A DNA stretch of 64,000 nt, from positions 37,071 through 101,070 of IMG/VR virus record IMGVR_UViG_2889388703_000001, one strand, 5' to 3'. This document shows positions 45,201-54,759 of the stretch, in pieces. The DNA is from a virus (lineage: Duplodnaviria; Caudoviricetes). The notes beneath the pieces are model-generated. The model was not told the origin of the DNA, made no database searches, and was given only the letters and a program-made list of their open reading frames with translations. The position numbers and the translations under genes were made by a program. Numbering within the stretch: position 1 is the first letter of the stretch; each line of letters begins with the position of its first letter.

Positions 45201-46115
45201 TTATCCATTAGGATATATGTCTTCATATTCTCCTACTCCAAGTATTTGTTCTTTATTGATTGCAATGACAGTCCATAATGTTCCACCAGTCCTCGTTGCT
45301 GGTGATGCAAAAAAAATTCCTACTGACATAGCCGGTATAACCAATTCACCTGGTGCTGTTTTAAGAGATAAGTTATTGTAATTAAAATTATATACATATA
45401 AAAACTGACCATTCCATCCTTCTCCTGCAGGCATAACAAATGCGTCTTTATTGGTTTGTGTCGGTATGGTAACATAATTAGAATATCTAACACCTTTTCT
45501 GGAGATATAAAATAAATTACTACCATCAGATTGTCTTTTTATTATAGGGCCCATATAATAATGGCTCTCAAATCCAAGATATTCTACATTAGCTCCCAGT
45601 CTTACATTTCCTTCTGAATCAAAAGTAATTCCTTCTTTTAAAAGGCTATCTTGTTTCGCGATAGATCCACTTCCATCCTCGTTAAAAGCAATTTTCCCAT
45701 TTGCGATATTCACACTTCCTTTAAACGAACCAGTAGCTGCTTTTAATTCTCCAGAGAACGTGCCATCTGCACCATCTAAATGCTTAACATATAAACTGTC
45801 AACATCTATTTGGTCTGCATTTATTTTTTCAGCAAGCAATAGTTTCGTTGCAATAAAAACCCACTCTTGTGCGATTTCCCAAAATCCCTTTTGCTGAGAA
45901 ACAGATGTAATAGGATCATTAACACCAGATATAGATGTATGAGATACAAGGCACAGATATAATTTACTCTTATACAACACAACATCGTAAAATAATTCAT
46001 CTTTCTCTCCAGATAAATATTTCACGTTTACATCCCAGTCTCGCATACGGAGCTTAGCTCCTTTGTTCCCTTTTTGGATATATTTAACCTCTGCCGTTTT
46101 GCTTGCTAATGTCAT
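45201..46115 (-). CDS. tail fibre protein
   Basis: DVVLY...YLCLVSHTS, FIATKLLLAEKI.A..I, GTFSGEL..ATGSF.G; AT-rich variable C-terminus. Confidence 0.65.
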   Translation of the reverse strand: MTLASKTAEVKYIQKGNKGAKLRMRDWDVNVKYLSGEKDELFYDVVLYKSKLYLCLVSHTSISGVNDPITSVSQQKGFWEIAQEWVFIATKLLLAEKINADQIDVDSLYVKHLDGADGTFSGELKAATGSFKGSVNIANGKIAFNEDGSGSIAKQDSLLKEGITFDSEGNVRLGANVEYLGFESHYYMGPIIKRQSDGSNLFYISRKGVRYSNYVTIPTQTNKDAFVMPAGEGWNGQFLYVYNFNYNNLSLKTAPGELVIPAMSVGIFFASPATRTGGTLWTVIAINKEQILGVGEYEDIYPNG

Positions 46116-46117
46116 AC

Positions 46118-47173
46118 CTACTCCTCCGTAGTTATTGTTACAGCCACATTACCGGATGCCTGTTCACACATAGCTTCAGTTACGGTTCCGGTTGCAGCTG
46201 GCGTAGTTGACGTACTGGTATTAAGTATATTTCCTGCACTGTCCGTGAAGACGAAATAGAACCTCATTTCTTTGTACTTAGTTGTACTCCCCCTCTTCAC
46301 AAGGATAGGCGAATAGACTACAGTACCACCGCTTCCCTGCTCAATCGTTTCACTCTCTGGATTGGGGTTGGTAATAATATCGAACGGGTCAGAAGCATCT
46401 ACTACCGTCTGAACATCCATTCCGATAAGACTCCCATCCTGGAACACCTCGACCTTGAATTGACCTGTGGTATCTACCATGTCATTGGTAACAGTAAGAT
46501 TCTGGCTTGTCTGTCCACCAATCTGCTGCCAGCTGCCAGACTGTAACGTGTACCACTTGTATGTCAACGAAGTGTTCAGCTGTTCGCTGCCCACGTAAGC
46601 CATAGCCTTGAGTATACAGGAGTCTCCCTTATCAGTCAGTGTAAAGAACTTGTTGTCACCGGCCATAATGGTAACGCGCTTACTGTTACCCACACCTACA
46701 GTGACAGGTATGCTGTAAACGCACTGTATCTTGTCGCTGGTATTACCGACTGCAATAGTCGCTTCTGCTTTAATGTTACATGCAGCACCTGCAGATGCCT
46801 TCACCAGGTTCTTCTTTATCTTCAGTGCAAAATAATTTTGTGTTCCGGAAGAATACGGTACGTTTTCAAAATGGCCTGTTTCGCCACCAAAAGTATTCGT
46901 AGAAAGTTTGTTGCTTCCAAACGTAAGCTCCGTATCATTGAAAAACCATTTAACTGACGAAGGAACCACAATCCCGGTAGCAGCTAAAGAAGAGGTGATG
47001 ATGTAACTCAACATCGGCGTCAGCGTAGTGAAATCCGGAGTGATATTTGTCGGATTATCTGCCGTACCCTGGTACTCCTGATATAAGTCTCCCATGTTTG
47101 ACTGAAGGAAAGGCATATACACGCTACCCTTCCGCACATACACTACTTGTCGTGATACACTTGCTTCACTCAT
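46118..47173 (-). CDS. Ig-like repeat tail protein
   Basis: Beta-rich; TYKWY, LTVT.DMVD; in the tail operon. Confidence 0.6.
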   Translation of the reverse strand: MSEASVSRQVVYVRKGSVYMPFLQSNMGDLYQEYQGTADNPTNITPDFTTLTPMLSYIITSSLAATGIVVPSSVKWFFNDTELTFGSNKLSTNTFGGETGHFENVPYSSGTQNYFALKIKKNLVKASAGAACNIKAEATIAVGNTSDKIQCVYSIPVTVGVGNSKRVTIMAGDNKFFTLTDKGDSCILKAMAYVGSEQLNTSLTYKWYTLQSGSWQQIGGQTSQNLTVTNDMVDTTGQFKVEVFQDGSLIGMDVQTVVDASDPFDIITNPNPESETIEQGSGGTVVYSPILVKRGSTTKYKEMRFYFVFTDSAGNILNTSTSTTPAATGTVTEAMCEQASGNVAVTITTEE

Positions 47174-47187
47174 AATGTACCTCCTTC

Positions 47188-47490
47188 CTATGCTTCAGTA
47201 GATACGGTGTCATTTGATATCTCCGGCAAGACGGTAGGCGTATCTTCCTTATATTCGTCAGGTGTATATACTTCGGCAGTATTTTCTGTACCGTCTGTTT
47301 CAGCCTTGGCCTCCTGAGCTGTAATAGCCTTTCCGCCTATCCGCTCTGCGCGTTCAAATATGGTATCACCTTCAATTCTATTTAAATCTGCCTGCCACAG
47401 CAGCACGTTTCCATCTGCCGTTTTATTACGAATAGGCGTAAGGCCCAGCTTATCCGAAACTTCTCTAGTCACTTTAATGTAAAAAGCCAT
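47188..47490 (-). CDS. small tail-associated protein
   Basis: 100 aa in the tail operon. Confidence 0.6.
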   Translation of the reverse strand: MAFYIKVTREVSDKLGLTPIRNKTADGNVLLWQADLNRIEGDTIFERAERIGGKAITAQEAKAETDGTENTAEVYTPDEYKEDTPTVLPEISNDTVSTEA

Positions 47491-47502
47491 AGTCGTATAT
47501 TA

Positions 47503-48663
47503 TTAATTATTAATTCTGTCAAATAAAACATTACCATCAGCATCCTGCAGTACGGTGCCATCCGTATCATCTATCAGTATTGCCTGTGGCCCTCTATCCT
47601 GTACCTCCAGTTCCAGCATCATTCCAGGAATAAATGTGATTGTCGGCTTTACTCCGATAGCCTGTCTGCTGTAACTCTGCGAATAAGGCGATTTTACGTT
47701 CCACACAAACCGGAGCCATTCATCTGCATTAGGGATAATGCCCATGCCGTCCATCACAAACGCTTCCGGAGTAAATTTGGTGGTGCCGCCTGGAAGCTGC
47801 GAAGGAACTCCTTTCCAGTCTGCTTCCACATCAGGAATACGTCGTCGGATGGTGGTACTTACTACAGGTGCATTGTCCGATGGTGATCCAGGAAGATTAC
47901 CGTCTGCTGCATAGGCCAGCTTGCAGACATAGGTCTGTTCATCCCCGATATAATCCTGATTAATGGTCAGCGTATTGTGGTCTATACTATCTACCTCCCA
48001 GTCATTATCTCCGTTCCCATCTGTAATGGCTTCCAATGCTCCGGTGTCCAGTTTTCGGTACCAGAAAAATTTACACTTCTGCTTATCCGATGCGATATCG
48101 CTTCCTCCTACAAAGACAAATGCCTTGATTGTACGTGTCAGTGGATTGCGAAGCGGATTCCATATTACGCTGGAAGGGCTGTCCAGCTTCAGTACCGGAC
48201 TTGGAAGAGTTGCATCTGATACAGGTATTACCGTACTCATTCTGAAGGGAAATACCTGATTTGTTCGTGTGTCTACGTATTCAGCATAGAACTCAAGGGC
48301 TAATGGTGTTGTAACGCTAGAGTTACGTTTAATTTTAATCTGCCCCTTTGCATCACCCTCGTTGGTTATCTCGTAATTAGCATCACCTGAATCAATCAGT
48401 GTGCGCTTCGTGCCCAGTATCTCATACCACTTCATATTGGTAAGAGAAGCGTTTACCACTCCAGACTTGGTGTACTGGTCCGGATCTGTTGCATTGCAAC
48501 GTGGAAACAGCACAAGTGGAGTCAGCGTGTAGTCCGGGATATATTCCTTGGTGTCGGCGGAGTATATCTGTCGGTCAGGTACACTTCCCACGGTTTCTAT
48601 ATCCCCACTGCATTGCAATGGGGTATAATTCACATCCAGCCTTTTTTTTCTTGTAGTTATCAT
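47503..48663 (-). CDS. Ig-like tail protein
   Basis: PDYTLTPLVLFP, similar to PDFTTLTP in 46118..47173. Confidence 0.6.
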   Translation of the reverse strand: MITTRKKRLDVNYTPLQCSGDIETVGSVPDRQIYSADTKEYIPDYTLTPLVLFPRCNATDPDQYTKSGVVNASLTNMKWYEILGTKRTLIDSGDANYEITNEGDAKGQIKIKRNSSVTTPLALEFYAEYVDTRTNQVFPFRMSTVIPVSDATLPSPVLKLDSPSSVIWNPLRNPLTRTIKAFVFVGGSDIASDKQKCKFFWYRKLDTGALEAITDGNGDNDWEVDSIDHNTLTINQDYIGDEQTYVCKLAYAADGNLPGSPSDNAPVVSTTIRRRIPDVEADWKGVPSQLPGGTTKFTPEAFVMDGMGIIPNADEWLRFVWNVKSPYSQSYSRQAIGVKPTITFIPGMMLELEVQDRGPQAILIDDTDGTVLQDADGNVLFDRINN

Positions 48664-48667
48664 ATCT

Positions 48668-50629
48668 TTAAAATGTTATTTCATTCTCTGCAACTTCGAA
48701 TGTCTGACCGTCACGTAATAAGGCGCGAGCCTTGAACGTGCAAACAGTCTTCGTGCGGCCAAATTCAATCCCCAAATCGTCTACTGTCAGCGTAAGAGAC
48801 TTACCAGCATCTGCTCTCTTTATAGCCCAGGCATTATCTTCAGACACATTGCCCGTATCGCGTGTCCATGTCACGTCCGTATCAAGTATGCTGTCTGTCA
48901 CGTCACGGTTATAGAGCTGTCCGGTTACATGAAGAGTCGTAAAGACTATACCTTCCTGTAGCTGGCTTCCGTCAAACTGCCAACCGTTTTCGCTATCAAT
49001 ATCTATCGTAAAGGCTGGATTACCTTCAATCATCGCCCAGCCTGTGCTGGCATAGCGAGGTTCATCCGTCGTTCCGGAAACAAGGCACTTCCAGCGACAG
49101 CCGTAATGCCATACCGTATCGACCGTATCTTTCCCAACCTTATAAGGATTCTCGCTCTGGGCAACCTCCAGCGACCAGAACCCACGGTCGTTAAGCTGTA
49201 CGATAACCACACCCTGATAGTCTATCCGCATCAAGTCCTGGATAGCGATACCACGGCAATACACATAACTCTGTCGGTAGTTGATTGGGAGGTTATCGAA
49301 CAGTTCCAATCGCTTTAGTTTTCCGATAATGATACTGTAATTAGATTCTTCCAGCACGGGCTTTGTTACGCCATCCAGCATACAGATGCAGCCCTCATAC
49401 GATGAGATATACCAGAATCCTTGCCGTTCTTCGTCTACCGCATTGCCACGACGTGTAATCACCATACCGACAGCTGGAGGATAGTTCTTGCCCCCAGGAA
49501 CTTCTTCATCCGGATAGAGCACTACATTAATCTTATTCTCAGCCTGCATGACACTAAGGACGCGGAACCAGCTGTCATAATACTCTCCCTTTGAATTAAG
49601 GTTATTTACTGAGCCATAACTTACGTCCTGTTCCTTGATTGCCGTGATATCATTATCCCATCTGCGGCGGAGATACAAGTCATACGTGCCGTCTTCAAGA
49701 AGTTCAATCCGTTCGATTGTGCCGGCTTCTGAATAAGTAACGTTACCTTCCTGCGCGAACCAGCGATTATAAATAAGCTCCTTCACAATCATTGCGCTGC
49801 GCACCTCGAGCTTCTCGAACTGCCCACGACCGTCGGGGAATATACCAGCACCCTTCCCGGCGATCATGCTGTCAATAAACTCGCCAAACTTGAGAAGAAA
49901 TTTTGTCTGGTCCTCACGGTCTTTACTTAAAAGTCTTTTCCTAAGTTCATCAAGATATTTACCCATCAACAGTTTTGTTGTGGGCAAATTTTCATCGCTT
50001 TCTACAAAACTACCATCATCTCCCTGGCGTGCCACATCCGTAATCTGCTTGTCGTTGATAACCAGTTTCCCGATAATGGAAAGCGTGCCCTGCACAATAA
50101 AGGAAGTGAAACGTTTCAGCGGACGGATCAATCCTTCTGCGGTCAGTTCGAACAGTTCCTTCCATCCGGCTGCATCCTGGTCATTACCTGCAGGAGTAGA
50201 AAGCTTACCGTAGTCCAGTGTAATTTCACGGTCGAGGGTGGCAGCTTCCAGACTGTCGGTGGCGGTAATGCTTCCGATACGTATGTAATAGAAATCTTTG
50301 CTGGGATTCTCTCCGCCGATGCTTCCGTCAGTAGCATAGTCGTTCACGGAAAACAGCACCATGGCATCGCCCGAATCACGTTCCAGACGGGCATAGATGT
50401 AGTGTGCCTCCGTGCGGTTCAGACGGGTGTTGTATCCCGTCAGCGTCCAGCTTCGGTATTCTCCGTTGGGCAGATAATCTATGCCGTAGCTTTTCTGCGG
50501 AACCACCATGATGGTACAGCCCGGAACCACCCCCACCTGAATCAGGTTGGGGTTTCCCAGTGCGTTTTCTGTCATGGACACGCCCTGGTAAGAAATTCGG
50601 TATGCGTTACTCTGGTAATCGGTTATCAT
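48668..50629 (-). CDS. large tail/fibre base protein
   Basis: G.F..LEVRS...V.EL.YNR; RRGN.....RQ; V.H.GC.W.C...T..EP; WTRDTG. Confidence 0.65.
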   Translation of the reverse strand: MITDYQSNAYRISYQGVSMTENALGNPNLIQVGVVPGCTIMVVPQKSYGIDYLPNGEYRSWTLTGYNTRLNRTEAHYIYARLERDSGDAMVLFSVNDYATDGSIGGENPSKDFYYIRIGSITATDSLEAATLDREITLDYGKLSTPAGNDQDAAGWKELFELTAEGLIRPLKRFTSFIVQGTLSIIGKLVINDKQITDVARQGDDGSFVESDENLPTTKLLMGKYLDELRKRLLSKDREDQTKFLLKFGEFIDSMIAGKGAGIFPDGRGQFEKLEVRSAMIVKELIYNRWFAQEGNVTYSEAGTIERIELLEDGTYDLYLRRRWDNDITAIKEQDVSYGSVNNLNSKGEYYDSWFRVLSVMQAENKINVVLYPDEEVPGGKNYPPAVGMVITRRGNAVDEERQGFWYISSYEGCICMLDGVTKPVLEESNYSIIIGKLKRLELFDNLPINYRQSYVYCRGIAIQDLMRIDYQGVVIVQLNDRGFWSLEVAQSENPYKVGKDTVDTVWHYGCRWKCLVSGTTDEPRYASTGWAMIEGNPAFTIDIDSENGWQFDGSQLQEGIVFTTLHVTGQLYNRDVTDSILDTDVTWTRDTGNVSEDNAWAIKRADAGKSLTLTVDDLGIEFGRTKTVCTFKARALLRDGQTFEVAENEITF

Positions 50630-51627
50630 TTCCCTTTTCTGTATTTCTGATTCATTTTCTCAATTTCCTTGGCTTCCTTAGCCATGGCATTCATAATTCC
50701 CAGAATACGTACAGCCTCACTATCATATACTGCATCGTAGTCATCAAATCCCTGGTACTTCATAATATTATTTATCATCTCTACCTCTATCTTTATTGGA
50801 CTATAGATGCCGTTCTTTTTACCGTTTGAAGTAAACAGTTCAGGATACATACGAGCATAGGCTTCTTGCACACTTTGAAAATACTGAACCATGACGGGGA
50901 ACATGCGGGCTTCTACCATGCTAAACCAGCGGGCGTTTCTCTGTATCTGCCCGGAGTTGAACGACCACACGCGGCGCTTACACTTGCGCAGGTAGCGTCC
51001 TTCGCGTATCTCTCCCGTCTCGCGCACGGATTCATTAAACAGCGTGGCCAGAAACCGGCATCGTGCCTGCTTCATGCGGCGCAACTGCATCCGGATGGCG
51101 GCATGTGTCGATTTTCGCCTTACAAGTGTCTGTAGAACCTTCTGTGCATCCCAGTACATGATAAGCAGGTTCTGTGCGGACTGGTACTGCGCAAAGCTGA
51201 CATCGGACATCACATCTTTCGGTGCTTTCAGACGAAGGGTCCCCATACGAAGGCGGATAATTCCGTAGGGAGTGACGGTGCGTGCAAAAGGATTGTCCAG
51301 GAAACCGAGCTTCTGGTCAATCCACTGGTCCACCTGCCATGCCCGCATGGGAATGCGCTCAAACAGGTGGCGAATCCCTTTGCGCCGGAAAAGAAAAACC
51401 GTTTCACCATTTTCATCGGTCACGGTGCGCCGCACGATTTTCAGTCCGAGAAAAAGCATGAAGCACTTCAGTTTGAAAATACGGTCGGCACGTTCTTCTT
51501 CTCCTGCCGCAGCCATAGCCTCCTTACGCTTGTAAAGTCTGTTCACCTCTTCCAGCTCTTCGGTCGACAGCCGGTTCCAACTGTCGGGAAGTGCCGGAAG
51601 ATGTATCTGGTAGTTTGTCGTATCCAT
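50626..51627 (-). CDS. tail-assembly protein (chaperone-like)
   Basis: LPDSWN.LS N-terminus; first gene after a late promoter. Confidence 0.5.
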   Translation of the reverse strand: MDTTNYQIHLPALPDSWNRLSTEELEEVNRLYKRKEAMAAAGEEERADRIFKLKCFMLFLGLKIVRRTVTDENGETVFLFRRKGIRHLFERIPMRAWQVDQWIDQKLGFLDNPFARTVTPYGIIRLRMGTLRLKAPKDVMSDVSFAQYQSAQNLLIMYWDAQKVLQTLVRRKSTHAAIRMQLRRMKQARCRFLATLFNESVRETGEIREGRYLRKCKRRVWSFNSGQIQRNARWFSMVEARMFPVMVQYFQSVQEAYARMYPELFTSNGKKNGIYSPIKIEVEMINNIMKYQGFDDYDAVYDSEAVRILGIMNAMAKEAKEIEKMNQKYRKGK

Positions 51628-51646
51628 TTGTCGTTTCTTTATACTC

Positions 51647-51687
51647 CAAAGTTAGGTATATGACAACTGAGAATGAAGGACAAAAAA
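51647..51687 (-). promoter_or_regulatory. late promoter motif, copy 4 (tail fibre operon)
   Basis: TTTTTGTCCTTCA-N19-TAACTTTG. Confidence 0.8.
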
Positions 51688-52713
51688 TCAGTGCCGGTTG
51701 AAGGCTTGCGGACGAAGCACAAAGAGGGAGTTATCCTGGTTGTCATAGTCGAATATGGGCTGCTTGTCCGGTCCGGTTGTTTCAGTGAGCGGCGGCACAT
51801 ACAGCGGAGAATCCTTGATAAACTCTCCGAAAGAATCCTGATGGTTGGAGATAAATTTGCGTGCCTTTGTCATGGAATAAGCTGCCTCGTTTTCGCTGTA
51901 CTTGCGCTGTTTTTCCGGACGGCGCGACTCGATGTACAATGCCAGCGCCATGCGCAGATAGTCCACAGCCTTCTGCCACACCGCATTTATGGCATCCTTG
52001 TCTTCTCCCGTGAAAAGGTCGGACTTTAGCGAGCGCGTGCACCATTTCACCAGCGCATCGGTCAGCTCCTCCCCTATCTCCGGCTCTATGTAGGCACTTT
52101 GGCAATAGCGAATGTCAGGCAACATGGCGATGAACTTCTCCCGGCTTTCGTTGATGTCCAGAAAACGGTTCATCTCGATGGCGGTAGTAAACAGCAAATC
52201 TCCCTGTAGGTAGAAATACCGGCTTTCGCGCCACAAATCGGCAAACACGGGGGCCTGACTGCACGCATCCTCTTCCAGGAATACCAGCAGACGGTCCACT
52301 CCGCGACGGCCCTTGAAATACGCATCGCGTTCAAACCGGCTCACGGATTTCTCGTCGGCCTTGTCGTACCCGTCGGTGTACACCTGATTCAGTCCACCTC
52401 CGTCGTTCAGACTCACCGTGAGAATGCCGGTGCTGTTGGCCAGCGACAAGTAGACCACCGGAAGCTGGCAGGCACGTATCAGACGGATTTCGGGTGTAAG
52501 GTTTTCTTTTCCCACGTAGGCCGCCGTCACTCCGCCATACTCTTCCATAGCCTTATCGTATTCTCCGCATACCTTTTCGTAGAGTTTACGCCCAAGTATC
52601 GGCACAAGAATGTTCTCTTCTGTTTCTTCCATGATTGTGAGAAGTGACTGGTCGCCGCTGTACACGCTGGTGGGCACGTATGCCCTGATTTCTTCGGTTT
52701 TCGTTACTAACAT
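51688..52713 (-). CDS. probable head-tail adaptor protein
   Basis: Start MLVTKTEE; duplicated I.P.LG..L motif; under a late promoter. Confidence 0.55.
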   Translation of the reverse strand: MLVTKTEEIRAYVPTSVYSGDQSLLTIMEETEENILVPILGRKLYEKVCGEYDKAMEEYGGVTAAYVGKENLTPEIRLIRACQLPVVYLSLANSTGILTVSLNDGGGLNQVYTDGYDKADEKSVSRFERDAYFKGRRGVDRLLVFLEEDACSQAPVFADLWRESRYFYLQGDLLFTTAIEMNRFLDINESREKFIAMLPDIRYCQSAYIEPEIGEELTDALVKWCTRSLKSDLFTGEDKDAINAVWQKAVDYLRMALALYIESRRPEKQRKYSENEAAYSMTKARKFISNHQDSFGEFIKDSPLYVPPLTETTGPDKQPIFDYDNQDNSLFVLRPQAFNRH

Positions 52714-52731
52714 AGTCTTTGTGTTTTTCCT

Positions 52732-52772
52732 CAAAGTTAGCGGTCTGATTCGGTAGTTTGAAGGACAAAAAA
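52732..52772 (-). promoter_or_regulatory. late promoter motif, copy 5
   Basis: TTTTTGTCCTTCA-N19-TAACTTTG. Confidence 0.8.
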
Positions 52773-52802
52773 CGAAAAATCGGAGGTTTTATGAAATTTA
52801 GA

Positions 52803-52843
52803 AACAATTTTAATGCGATTTCGGTTTAAAATTGCTATTTTTG
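52803..52843 (+). promoter_or_regulatory. operator O3 abutting the early rightward promoter
   Basis: AACAATTTTAA-TGCGATTTCGGT-TTAAAATTGCT, then TATTTTTG at 52836-52843. Confidence 0.7.
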
Positions 52844-52867
52844 CGGTAGGTAAAATGTAATAAAACG

Positions 52868-53350
52868 ATGAACATGAAATCTAAAAAAGTTATGAAAAAG
52901 ACTTACGTGCTCATGCTTTCGCAATCTTTCCCGACCAAACATCCCCGGTCGGGAAACCCTACCGGATTCCGTAAGAAATTCCTTTCCGGCGAAAAACGAC
53001 ACACCATCCGGACCAACTTCCCGCTCTGGGCAAAACGCATACACGAGGTGCAGCAAGGTGAAGCGGTTATCTCCGTCCGTCAGTGGGAAGCCCGTCCGTA
53101 TTTCAGCAGACAAATAACAATAGGCTGTCTGACTGCGGAATCTGGAACAGGTATTCAGAAACTTACCTTCCAGCTGGATCGCGACGGATGTGCCTCTTTC
53201 AATTTCTTTGACATCGACGGTAAATATCCGGAACTGAAAGAACTTGCGGCCAACGATGGTCTGTCGGTAGACGACTGGAAAGAGTGGTTCCGAGGTTATG
53301 ATTTTAGCAAGCCAATGGCAGTAATTCAATTCGGTAAATTCAGGTATTAA
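52868..53350 (+). CDS. ASCH/PUA-like protein
   Basis: GEKRHTIR, W..RPY.S.Q, LAANDGL...DWKEWF. Confidence 0.6.
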   Translation: MNMKSKKVMKKTYVLMLSQSFPTKHPRSGNPTGFRKKFLSGEKRHTIRTNFPLWAKRIHEVQQGEAVISVRQWEARPYFSRQITIGCLTAESGTGIQKLTFQLDRDGCASFNFFDIDGKYPELKELAANDGLSVDDWKEWFRGYDFSKPMAVIQFGKFRY

Positions 53351-53523
53351 TGATGAAAGAGTATTTTATTGCTACTGCAATTTTTGTAGGTCTTGTGGCT
53401 TTCGTTATGGCAATGAGCTATTTCTCCGGTTTGGATTACGACATCCTTTTCATAGAATTTATGCTTACATACCTAGTGATTAATAAATTATCTGAAATAC
53501 AAAACGATAAAAAAGAAGAATAA
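53350..53523 (+). CDS. small two-TM membrane protein (57 aa, not in ORF track)
   Basis: MMKEYFIATAIFVGLVAF...; TAATG coupling. Confidence 0.6.
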   Translation: MMKEYFIATAIFVGLVAFVMAMSYFSGLDYDILFIEFMLTYLVINKLSEIQNDKKEE

Positions 53524-53524
53524 T

Positions 53525-53725
53525 ATGGCAGCGTATGACGTAAACGGGCGGTGCGAAGACTGCACATTTGCTGACGCATTTGGAAGAAGTTGCCAGCATG
53601 GGATGCTATTCCCTGTCATGGTACTAATTGCGTTTGGAGATGTATATCAGTGTCCGAACTTTCAGAAAAAGAATGCTGAACAGCTTTAGGAACAAATTCG
53701 GTTAAAGAACAAAGAAAATAAATAG
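53525..53725 (+). pseudogene. small Cys protein with internal TAG
   Basis: MAAYDVNGRCEDC...EQL*EQIRLKNKENK*; TAG at 53687; second stop abuts the next gene. Confidence 0.45.
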
Positions 53726-53728
53726 GAT

Positions 53729-53980
53729 ATGGATTTTAAGAAATTAAAATTACTCACAGAACTGATTGATCAATATGAATGGCAAATGGGCCATGGTCTT
53801 GCGGTATGGATAGAATATTCTAATTGCACGACTGTTTTTGATAAGATATTGGAAATAGATACTGAACGATTCCCTAATTGTTTAACAGAAAGAACAGGTA
53901 TTTATATTGATCATTTTGAAGATATACTGAGCTTTTATACCAACGATATTGAGAAGTTGTTCCCTAAAGACGAAGATTGA
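53729..53980 (+). CDS. hypothetical protein
   Basis: 83 aa in packed operon. Confidence 0.6.
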   Translation: MDFKKLKLLTELIDQYEWQMGHGLAVWIEYSNCTTVFDKILEIDTERFPNCLTERTGIYIDHFEDILSFYTNDIEKLFPKDED

Positions 53981-53982
53981 TT

Positions 53983-54201
53983 ATGGCGAAGAAAGAATTT
54001 AAAGTCGGAGAAACCTTTCAGTGCGGACTGGTAAAGCTGAGAGTAGAGGAAGGTAAAGGATGCTGTAAATGTATATTCTATAATCCATATTGTTTTGATT
54101 GCGACATTATGTTACCCGCATTAAAGAAAATTTGCGGTGGATGCAGTAAAAATGAGAGGGAAGATAAAACCAATGTAATTTTTGTAGAAGTAGAGGAATA
54201 A
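53983..54201 (+). CDS. MAKKEF family copy 2
   Basis: Paralog of 8754..8969. Confidence 0.75.
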   Translation: MAKKEFKVGETFQCGLVKLRVEEGKGCCKCIFYNPYCFDCDIMLPALKKICGGCSKNEREDKTNVIFVEVEE

Positions 54202-54204
54202 AAC

Positions 54205-54540
54205 ATGAAAGCAAAAGTTTTATATACCGGGAAAATTGTTGAAGTTAAGTTGAACCTTAACTCTCAACCTACTGCAAATTCTGGTGCAAAAAGTGTATAT
54301 GAAGGCTCTGACGGGAATACGTATTTTGATACCGAACTGGATTTCAAAAATGTTTATCCAGATTGGCAGCAAGTACGTATACAGTCTGCAATTGCAATAT
54401 TACAAGGAATATATTCAAGTAAGGATATAGCTCTCCATGCAAGTAAAACAGCCTATAACCCACTTGAATCAATGGCTGAGTTAGCTACAAGACAGGCAGA
54501 TGTACTTGTTAGTGAACTTCAAAAATCAATGGAATTATAA
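54205..54540 (+). CDS. hypothetical protein
   Basis: DWQQVRIQSAIA...ADVLVSEL motif. Confidence 0.65.
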   Translation: MKAKVLYTGKIVEVKLNLNSQPTANSGAKSVYEGSDGNTYFDTELDFKNVYPDWQQVRIQSAIAILQGIYSSKDIALHASKTAYNPLESMAELATRQADVLVSELQKSMEL

Positions 54541-54541
54541 T

Positions 54542-54756
54542 ATGGCAAAGAAAGAATTTAATGTCGGAGAAACATTTCAGTGCGGGCTTGTGAAGCTGAG
54601 AGTTGAACCATCTAAAAAGCCTACATCGTGTGTAGGATGTTTTTTCTGGAACGAGAATTTCCCGATGTGTGACGATTTTGTATCGCATTTGTAGGTAAAT
54701 GCGATACAAGTAGAAAGGATAAAACTAGTGTAATCTTTGTAAAAGTGGAGGAATAA
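54542..54756 (+). pseudogene. MAKKEF family copy 3, frameshifted
   Basis: Family C-terminus (RKDKTSVIFVKVEE) lies in the -1 frame. Confidence 0.7.
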
Positions 54757-54759
54757 TAT

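Noticed and set aside
44363-50629. Diversity-generating retroelement targeting tail genes
   Set aside because: No reverse transcriptase and no TR/VR pair differing at adenines was seen in the window.
53687-53689. TAG-to-Gln genetic code reassignment
   Set aside because: Long genes are uninterrupted in the standard code and several genes end in TAG; a single CAG-to-TAG change explains it.
54640-54646. T TTT TTC slippery heptamer rescuing MAKKEF copy 3
   Set aside because: A -1 shift here meets TGA at 54670-54672, before the conserved C-terminus.
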